Positions 50,215-53,694 of a DNA stretch of 53,694 nt are shown piece by piece. Origin of the DNA: Octopus bimaculoides (lineage: Eukaryota); contig NC_068991.1 of assembly GCF_001194135.2 (NCBI RefSeq), positions 10,198,989 to 10,252,682 on the forward strand. The letters run 5' to 3'. The stretch's first letter is position 1; the number at the start of each line of letters is the position of its first letter. Made by a program: the position numbers and the translations under genes. The notes below the pieces were generated by a model. The model saw only the letters and a list, made by a program, of their open reading frames with translations. It did not search any database and was not told the origin of the DNA.

Positions 50215-53091
50215 GACGAGGTGGAAGAAAAGGGTAACAATGGTAATGGTAAAGATGATGATGATGACGACGATGATGATATGTCTCAAAGATGGTGGAA
50301 AGTGAATTTAATTCGGTTAAAGAAAAGAAGAAACCAGAAAACATTTTTTTTTTTTTACTTTCTTTCTCACAAACATGAAAAGAAACAGAAGAAAACAAAA
50401 AAATTATTAAACTGAAATGAGAAAAAAAATGATATTAAAGATATTTTAATGACCTAAACTGATATTTTCATATCAATGTTTCGATTTTCAATCAAATTTA
50501 AAGTCTGAAAATCTTAAATTAAAATTCACTTTGATGTAAACAAAAAAAATAAAATACCACTAGTATCCATCTTGGATTTTACAGGAAACTTACAAATGGC
50601 TACTGTATTTTTATGGTATATGTTCACAATATATTATACATGGGTCTCTTCCTATATGATTTTATTGATGNNNNNNNNNNNNNNNNNNNNNNNNNNNNNN
50701 NNNNNNNNNNNNNNNNNNNNNNNNNNNNNNNNNNNNNNNNNNNNNNNNNNNNNNNNNNNNNNNNNNNNNNNNNNNNNNNNNNNNNNNNNNNNNNNNNNNN
50801 NNNNNNNNNNNNNNNNNNNNNNNNNNNNNNNNNNNNNNNNNNNNNNNNNNNNNNNNNNNNNNNNNNNNNNNNNNNNNNNNNNNNNNNNNNNNNNNNNNNN
50901 NNNNNNNNNNNNNNNNNNNNNNNNNNNNNNNNNNNNNNNNNNNNNNNNNNNNNNNNNNNNNNNNNNNNNNNNNNNNNNNNNNNNNNNNNNNNNNNNNNNN
51001 NNNNNNNNNNNNNNNNNNNNNNNNNNNNNNNNNNNNNNNNNNNNNNNNNNNNNNNNNNNNNNNNNNNNNNNNNNNNNNNNNNNNNNNNNNNNNNNNNNNN
51101 NNNNNNNNNNNNNNNNNNNNNNNNNNNNNNNNNNNNNNNNNNNNNNNNNNNNNNNNNNNNNNNNNNNNNNNNNNNNNNNNNNNNNNNNNNNNNNNNNNNN
51201 NNNNNNNNNNNNNNNNNNNNNNNNNNNNNNNNNNNNNNNNNNNNNNNNNNNNNNNNNNNNNNNNNNNNNNNNNNNNNNNNNNNNNNNNNNNNNNNNNNNN
51301 NNNNNNNNNNNNNNNNNNNNNNNNNNNNNNNNNNNNNNNNNNNNNNNNNNNNNNNNNNNNNNNNNNNNNNNNNNNNNNNNNNNNNNNNNNNNNNNNNNNN
51401 NNNNNNNNTGTGTTTGTCCCCCCAAACTTCGCTTGACAACCGATGCTGGTGTGTTTACGTCCCCGTAACTTAGCGGTTCGGCAGAAAGAGACTGATAGAA
51501 TAAGTAGTAGGCTTACAAAGAATAAGTCCTGGGGTCGATTTGCACGGCTAAAGGCGGTGCCCCAGCATGGCTGCAGTCAAATGACTGAAACAAGTAAAAG
51601 AGTAAAAGAGATATATATATATAAAACAGATATATGTTTTTTTATTACACAAATACAATATATATATTACGGAGATGTACTTGCATAGCAAGTGACCTGA
51701 TCTGAGATCGTGTGCTGGAACGAAAACAATTGCAGCGTGGAAGGTGTTTATAAGCCATTTAAAATAACACACAAAATCCGTTAGATTCACTTCAACATTT
51801 AAATTTAATTTGTCAAAGTATTTTCGGTGCTTTGAGACCGCGACCTGTTCACTGACAAAATTCTGTGCTGCATATTCATAATCATGTATAATTTACTTGC
51901 ATGTGTACAGATACATCCATACAAATTATTGTTATTCATTCTGTGAAGATTACAACATACTTATTTGATATACATGCCCTGGATTAGCAAAGTGCTCCTA
52001 TAATTGGCCAAAGTTGCTGAGACCCTTTTTGATCATGACTGACCATGGTATTGCACCTAGAAAGTTAACCTCCCAGTTTTAGGAAGAGTATGCAGCCACA
52101 GTAACCATGCCAATATATGACATACAAACAAGATGAAAGCATGGAAAAGCGGACATTAAGAAAGTGGACATTAAGAAAGTGGAAATCAAGAAAGTGGACA
52201 TTAAGCATGTAAAAGTGGACAATGATGATGATGACACTGACAACTAAGATGAAAGAAAATTTAAAAAATGATTCTCACAGTGGTTCACGTGGTGGGGGTC
52301 CTGCATTATCCTCTTCTGTTAATCCAGATACATCTGGTTTCAGTAAAACATGCTGAACTGGAATTAAATACAAGACAACAATCAAAAAAATATTGACTAA
52401 ATTTGTAATCTTGATATGAGGAATCAGTATTATTAAACACTGATTTGTTAGGACCAGTGTCCTGGTCCTGGTCATTACAGTCACATCATTTCAGACATCG
52501 CACTCCATCTTCAGCCTTCTTCAGGTGCCTATTGTATTCAGAAATAATCTCAGAAGTCATCCTTCCCATCGTCGGCCTGACGTGATACGCGTGGACCCGG
52601 GTTTCTGGGTATTTACCCGTCATCAGCGCATGACAATCACTGGTGACTGTCGTGCGCTGACGACGGGTAAATACCCAGAAACCCGGGACCATGCGTATCA
52701 CGTCAGGCCGACGATGGGAAGGATGGCTTCCCTTTGCAAATACTGATAGGGCACAGAAAGTGTGTCAATAGCCAGCAAGAGGAGGTGTTCTCCTGGGGCT
52801 ACAAGCTACAGTAGCATCCACCCTTAGTGGTTTGTCACATTTAAGTGGCAAATATACTTCACGTTTCTTTCTATTTTTCTATATCTATAATTTTTACTCA
52901 CCTCGAGATATTCTCATACTACTTTCATAGTTTGCTACAACCTCTTCGAACATATCATTAAGTACTGTTTGAGAATTTGGTAAGTTCTTCAGCTTCTCTG
53001 GAATCTTATCTAGAATCCGCTCGAACCACTCACTTTGGATTGGCACCAATGAACCATCCCAGACTTTTTTCCGTAAACACAAGTAGTTTTC
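1205..53091 (-). CDS. DNAH12: Axonemal inner-arm dynein heavy chain, DNAH12-like; partial gene, 21 exons in window, 1260 aa (tail, linker, start of AAA1)
   Basis: Exon lengths sum to 3780 nt with consistent phases and GT..AG boundaries. Motifs [23 protein letters not shown] and [20 protein letters not shown]-terminal exons ([28 protein letters not shown]) resemble my recollection of vertebrate DNAH12 more than DNAH3 or DNAH7; orthology needs a tree. Confidence 0.88.
2605..2860 (-). repeat. 129-bp tandem duplication inside a SINE A copy
   Basis: ggtttctacacagtttccatctacc at 2647 and 2776. Confidence 0.85.
3789..3834 (-). ncRNA. Mirror copy of the same hammerhead, GAAA loop in stem II
   Basis: Reverse complement: AAAACUGU-CCGAUGA-ACG(GAAA)CGU-GAAA-CUC(A)GAG-UA^ACGGUUUU. 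Confidence 0.7.
3840..3885 (+). ncRNA. Candidate minimal type I hammerhead ribozyme, U4C core variant
   Basis: AAAACUGU-CCGAUGA-ACG(GGAA)CGU-GAAA-CUC(A)GAG-UA^ACGGUUUU; all three stems pair by eye. Confidence 0.7.
4950..5310 (-). mobile_element. SINE family A copy
   Basis: Reverse complement of head and tail (CAGTCAAATGACTGAACCAAGTAAAAG). Confidence 0.85.
5351..5676 (-). CDS. DNAH12: Exon 20, AAA1 Walker A ([11 protein letters not shown]...[20 protein letters not shown]...[10 protein letters not shown]...DYIAMGK)
   Basis: gcag acceptor, AAA|gtaag donor, 326 nt, phase 1 to 0. Confidence 0.98.
6420..6696 (-). CDS. DNAH12: Exon 19 ([20 protein letters not shown]...[21 protein letters not shown])
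   Basis: ttag acceptor, G|gtgag donor, 277 nt, phase 0 to 1. Confidence 0.97.
6877..7240 (+). mobile_element. Non-autonomous Helentron/DINE-1-like element (tentative)
   Basis: Starts AACAAGAG, has (CAAA)n and a 3' hairpin ACCTCTGCC-ttcactga-GGTGGAGGT. Confidence 0.4.
7794..8076 (-). CDS. DNAH12: Exon 18 ([33 protein letters not shown]...EEAVH)
   Basis: tcag acceptor, CAT|gtaag donor, 283 nt, phase 2 to 0. Confidence 0.97.
9004..9125 (-). CDS. DNAH12: Exon 17 ([14 protein letters not shown]...[15 protein letters not shown])
   Basis: tcag acceptor, AG|gtgag donor, 122 nt, phase 0 to 2. Confidence 0.96.
9300..9607 (-). mobile_element. Non-autonomous Helitron-like 5' portion (tentative)
   Basis: Minus strand begins A|TCTAATATAATAAATGCGAATGT; 3' CTRR end not identified. 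Confidence 0.35.
9643..9837 (-). CDS. DNAH12: Exon 16 ([10 protein letters not shown]...[13 protein letters not shown]...LKDPK)
   Basis: acag acceptor, AAG|gtatg donor, 195 nt; WLYLEPIF motif. Confidence 0.96.
10448..10648 (-). CDS. DNAH12: Exon 15 ([15 protein letters not shown]...[13 protein letters not shown])
   Basis: gcag acceptor, AAG|gtaat donor, 201 nt. Confidence 0.95.
11625..11950 (+). repeat. Degenerate (TG)n/(TGTA)n array with internal duplication
   Basis: gggtttcagtgcatgtttgt occurs twice. Confidence 0.85.
12307..12555 (+). mobile_element. hAT-Charlie-like terminus running into a gap
   Basis: CAATACTACTCAATGTGGTGGTCCACGGACCGG resembles MER5-type ends; other end unseen. Confidence 0.45.
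16039..16224 (-). CDS. DNAH12: Exon 14 ([19 protein letters not shown]...ISVGASK)
   Basis: tcag acceptor, AAG|gtgag donor, 186 nt; linker motif NPGMRPRHW. Confidence 0.95.
16531..16801 (-). CDS. DNAH12: Exon 13 ([16 protein letters not shown]...EELKQFK)
   Basis: gcag acceptor, AAG|gtagg donor, 271 nt, phase 2 to 0. Confidence 0.93.
17892..18122 (+). mobile_element. tRNA-derived SINE family B, central domain resembling the MetaSINE Meta domain
   Basis: GGCGGCGAGCTGGCAG head, GAGTTCAAATTC B box, GACTTTGCCTTTCATCCTTTCGGGGTCGATTAAATAAGTACCAG; other copies near 8815-8945, 12190-12305, 27950-28135, 44375-44495, 45130-45300. Confidence 0.75.
19190..19552 (-). mobile_element. SINE family C copy
   Basis: High identity to 40765-41137. 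Confidence 0.85.
19934..20055 (-). CDS. DNAH12: Exon 12 ([41 protein letters not shown]); not in ORF track
   Basis: acag acceptor, AA|gttgg donor, 122 nt, phase 0 to 2. Confidence 0.9.
20811..20975 (+). mobile_element. Truncated hAT MITE end related to 681-1031
   Basis: CAGTTGTTCTCAACTA terminus, internal similarity (ccctttg..tagccatt), cut by a SINE head near 20976. Confidence 0.5.
21180..21435 (+). repeat. (TATC)n degenerate tetranucleotide array followed by a CT-rich tract to about 22110
   Basis: Direct reading. Confidence 0.9.
22163..22369 (-). CDS. DNAH12: Exon 11 ([20 protein letters not shown]...QVAWINK)
   Basis: T-tract plus gaag acceptor (exact acceptor less certain), AAG|gttgg donor, 207 nt. 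Confidence 0.85.
22560..22679 (-). CDS. DNAH12: Exon 10 ([40 protein letters not shown])
   Basis: caag acceptor, GAT|gtgag donor, 120 nt. Confidence 0.9.
23316..23451 (-). CDS. DNAH12: Exon 9 ([45 protein letters not shown])
   Basis: gcag acceptor, AAA|gtaag donor, 136 nt, phase 2 to 0; the track shows a different frame here. Confidence 0.9.
24575..24970 (+). mobile_element. SINE family A, near full length
   Basis: GGCGTGACTGTGTGGTAA head to GACTGAAATAAGTAAAAGAAT tail. Confidence 0.88.
25391..25569 (-). CDS. DNAH12: Exon 8 ([35 protein letters not shown]...HRKENLW); not in ORF track
   Basis: ctag acceptor, TG|gtaag donor, 179 nt, phase 0 to 2; LDCEDLK motif. Confidence 0.92.
26257..26985. 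mobile_element. Foldback element (about 145-bp arms) whose right arm is split by a SINE
   Basis: Left arm 26257-26407; right arm 26432-26503 resumes at 26906-26985 after the SINE. Confidence 0.8.
26504..26905 (-). mobile_element. SINE family A, full length, inserted in foldback arm
   Basis: Head AGGAGTGGCTGTGTGG ends at 26905; tail (TTTACTC)n at 26504. Confidence 0.9.
29120..29790 (-). mobile_element. Three head-to-tail SINE B copies
   Basis: cacaaggc..ctggtactt..tttatt/atcga..aggatgaaagg..gaatttgaactca repeated at about 29130, 29390, 29610. Confidence 0.75.
30493..30890. mobile_element. Second, diverged member of the 26.3-kb foldback family
   Basis: Shares ttgaatggcacaacaatgca ends and the ctgaaga..ggaat..attccgaaa..gactatggata segment; ends are inverted. 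Confidence 0.7.
30990..31290 (-). pseudogene. Tc1/mariner transposase N-terminal remnant
   Basis: [39 protein letters not shown] resembles a Tc1/mariner HTH start; recalled similarity only. Confidence 0.4.
31410..31600 (+). mobile_element. Mariner 3' remnant with TIR
   Basis: [17 protein letters not shown] resembles mariner C-terminus; ends in AACTTTTCAGCACCCCCTGGTA; related end at 32160-32226. Confidence 0.6.
34165..34256 (-). CDS. DNAH12: Exon 7 ([31 protein letters not shown])
   Basis: gtag acceptor, GAG|gtaag donor, 92 nt, phase 1 to 0. Confidence 0.9.
34725..35073 (-). CDS. DNAH12: Exon 6 ([12 protein letters not shown]...[15 protein letters not shown]...QLHSF)
   Basis: ctag acceptor, G|gtcag donor, 349 nt, phase 0 to 1. 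Confidence 0.92.
35956..36108 (+). pseudogene. R4/Dong/NeSL-type LINE restriction-like endonuclease remnant
   Basis: [50 protein letters not shown] resembles the WY..P....EN....ILWD..I.TD..I.ANRPDI...D....LID pattern. Confidence 0.6.
36345..36535 (+). repeat. CCAT/CCAG/CCCTCTG compound mini-satellite
   Basis: Units ccagccctctgc repeated about 10 times between (CCAT)n runs. Confidence 0.9.
36880..37350 (+). mobile_element. SINE family D (RTE-like tail ending in (GAT)n) with internal 20-bp tandem repeat
   Basis: AGGAAAGGCATCCTGCTGTAGAAA..CCAACCCATGACAGCATGGAAAATGGATATTAAA(TGA)n; ATGTGACTGATGCCAGTGCC about 4 times; other copies near 14450, 17700, 23000, 33360, 37960, 44650. Confidence 0.75.
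38086..38730. mobile_element. Two SINE A copies in opposite orientation (38086-38230 +, 38420-38730 -)
   Basis: Head motifs on both strands. Confidence 0.75.
39355..40075 (+). mobile_element. SINE A spanning a gap, with a nested GAT-tailed SINE end at 39803-39860
   Basis: Head at 39355, tail at 40075; CCAACCCATGCTAGCATGGAAAGCGGACGTTAAAC(GAT)n inside the microsatellite linker. Confidence 0.75.
40330..40438 (-). CDS. DNAH12: Exon 5 ([36 protein letters not shown])
   Basis: gcag acceptor, CAG|gtaag donor, 109 nt, phase 2 to 0. Confidence 0.88.
40765..41137 (-). mobile_element. tRNA-derived SINE family C, near full length
   Basis: Minus head TGGAGGTGCAATGGCCCAGTGG..GGTTTCGATTCC; (CAA)n tail; close copy at 19190-19552. 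Confidence 0.85.
41361..41600 (+). mobile_element. Mariner-like 5' end
   Basis: TA followed by TGAGGTCTGATCAATAAGTACCCGGA, a mariner-type terminus. Confidence 0.5.
41664..41990. mobile_element. Foldback element, 93-bp inverted arms around a 141-bp spacer containing a hammerhead motif
   Basis: 41664-41756 matches the reverse complement of 41898-41990 with a few mismatches. Confidence 0.8.
41781..41823 (+). ncRNA. Candidate minimal type I hammerhead ribozyme
   Basis: UCCAGA-CUGAUGA-C GAG(CAAAGA)CUC A-GAAA-CAUG-UU^UCUGGG; palindromic stem III ACAUGU. Confidence 0.65.
43080..44040 (+). pseudogene. Decayed RTE-clade LINE ORF2 C-terminal fragment, interrupted by the hAT MITE
   Basis: Pieces translate as [69 protein letters not shown]; stops and frameshifts. 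Confidence 0.8.
43584..43950. mobile_element. hAT-type MITE with internal GACTCC/GATTCT tandem array
   Basis: TIR CAGGACTGTAGAGT vs CAGGGCTGTGGAGT (12/14); 8-bp TSD GCTAGGAC at 43576-43583 and 43951-43958. Confidence 0.85.
44091..44174 (-). CDS. DNAH12: Exon 4 ([28 protein letters not shown]); not in ORF track
   Basis: ttag acceptor, AG|gtaac donor, 84 nt, phase 2 to 2; fills the gap between flanking exons. Confidence 0.85.
44503..44612 (+). mobile_element. Mariner-like 5' TIR fragment
   Basis: TA followed by TTGGGTTGTCCGGAAAGTTTGTGCCG. Confidence 0.5.
44650..45062 (-). mobile_element. SINE family D copy with about 70-bp internal tandem repeats
   Basis: Units cacatt(t/c)(g/a)gat(a/g)gtgcttttt..ggagccagtcagg repeated 3-4 times. 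Confidence 0.7.
45649..45807 (-). CDS. DNAH12: Exon 3 ([53 protein letters not shown]); not in ORF track
   Basis: acag acceptor, AG|gtgag donor, 159 nt, phase 2 to 2, translated by hand. Confidence 0.9.
46056..46243. repeat. AT-rich foldback (78-bp arms, 32-nt spacer) with degenerate hammerhead-like motif
   Basis: 46056-46133 vs 46166-46243; minus strand has UUGAUGA...GAAACAUAUGUC. Confidence 0.85.
47310..47600 (+). repeat. (CAT/CAC)n degenerate array
   Basis: Direct reading. Confidence 0.9.
47915..50282 (+). repeat. About 2.4-kb GAT/GAC/GGT/CAT trinucleotide-derived array with higher-order units, partly gapped
   Basis: Units such as gatcatgatgatggtgatgatgacgacgat; source of the spurious poly-D, poly-M and poly-H ORFs. 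Confidence 0.95.
51809..51859 (-). ncRNA. Candidate hammerhead with compensatory G3-C8 core (GUGAACA)
   Basis: UUUGUCA-GUGAACA-GGU...ACC-GAAA-AUAC-UU^UGACAAA; 7-bp stem I; stem III has an A-C mismatch. Confidence 0.55.
52279..52357 (-). CDS. DNAH12: Exon 2 ([27 protein letters not shown])
   Basis: ccag acceptor, CT|gtgag donor, 79 nt, phase 1 to 2. Confidence 0.88.
52553..52730. repeat. GC-rich foldback (88-bp arms, 2-nt loop) with a hammerhead motif in each arm
   Basis: 52553-52640 vs 52643-52730 reverse-complementary with a few mismatches. Confidence 0.88.
52588..52632 (-). ncRNA. Candidate minimal hammerhead ribozyme with GUC site
   Basis: CAUGCG-CUGAUGA-C GGGU(AAAU)ACCC A-GAAA-CCCGGG-UC^CACGCG; palindromic stem III ACCCGGGU; stem I imperfect. 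Confidence 0.6.
52902..53091 (-). CDS. DNAH12: DNAH12-like exon 1 in window ([22 protein letters not shown]...SSMRISR)
   Basis: ttag acceptor, G|gtgag donor, 190 nt, phase 0 to 1. Confidence 0.9.
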
Positions 53092-53501
53092 CTAACAGAA
53101 AGAACCATGATTGATAATATTATATTTGTCTTTTTCTTTAAGTGACAGAAAATGATTAACTATAACAAAAGCCTTGACATACACTTACAGACAGTAATGG
53201 TGTTGGTGGTGATGACGGTGACGGTGGTGGTGGTGGTGGTGATGGGCACGAGATAAACAATGAAGGTACCGATATGACTGTGTGGTGGATAAGTTTGTTA
53301 CGCAATCACAGTCTCTGATTCAGTGCCACACTATGGCACCTTGAACAACTTATCTCCTACAACAGCCTCAGGCTGGCAGATGCCATAAGAACTAAATCTT
53401 GAAGATGGAAACTATGGCAGTCCATCATTTATATGTATGTGTGCATGTATGTGTGTGTGTGGGTTTTGTACAAAATGATATCACATATATATATATATAT
53501 A

Positions 53502-53694
53502 GGCGTAGGAGTGGCTGTGTGGTAAGTAGCTTGCTTACCAACCACATGGTTCCGGGTTCAGCCCTGCTGCGTAGCATCTTGGGCGAGTGTCTTCTACTAT
53601 AGCCTCGGGCCGACCAAAGCCTTGTGAGTGGATTTGGTAGACGGAAACTGAAAGAAGCCCGTCGTATATATGTGTATATATATGTATGTGTGTG
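53502..53694 (+). mobile_element. SINE A head, young-looking copy
   Basis: GGCGTAGGAGTGGCTGTGTGGTAAG...GGGTTCAGCCC with CpGs retained. Confidence 0.88.

Noticed and set aside
47915-50282. CRISPR-like or prokaryotic defence system
   Set aside because: No constant repeat with unique spacers, no cas-like ORFs; context is a spliceosomal eukaryotic gene.
47763-50415. Long poly-D, poly-M, poly-H and poly-I ORFs (up to 722 aa)
   Set aside because: Translations of a GAT-derived array and N gaps; open in several frames; no splice or domain evidence.
52135-52220. AAGAAAGTGGACATT repeated about 4 times
   Set aside because: Local slippage of a SINE D tail; nothing beyond that.
52441-52530. Minus-strand CUGAAGA-AGGC..GUCU-GAAA possible hammerhead
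   Set aside because: No stem I partner for AGGCAC and no palindromic stem III or NUH in register.
26-53694. tRNA genes from A/B-box motifs
   Set aside because: Boxes belong to SINE heads that continue into SINE bodies; no cloverleaf evident.

Overview
AT-rich, microsatellite- and SINE-dense animal genomic DNA with scaffold gaps. The repeat repertoire looks like an octopus assembly (inference from recalled repeat families, not a search). The window lies inside one minus-strand gene, an axonemal inner-arm dynein heavy chain most similar to DNAH12. I reconstructed 21 GT-AG exons (53091 down to 1205; 3780 nt, 1260 aa) that splice in one continuous frame from the N-terminal tail through the linker into AAA1 (Walker A GPAGTGKT, Walker B CFDEFNR); both ends of the gene lie outside the window. 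Four of these exons are not called in the ORF track. Introns hold at least four SINE families, hAT MITEs, mariner, RTE and R4/Dong LINE remnants and very long GAT-derived arrays. The most striking unannotated signal is a set of sequence-unrelated foldback or Penelope-like remnants that each carry a minimal type I hammerhead ribozyme fold with a palindromic stem III (3789-3885, 41781-41823, 51809-51859, 52588-52695, plus degenerate copies). These include core variants: U4C, a compensatory G3-C8 swap and a recurrent C10.1-A11.1 mismatch. All folds were done by eye; activity is untested.
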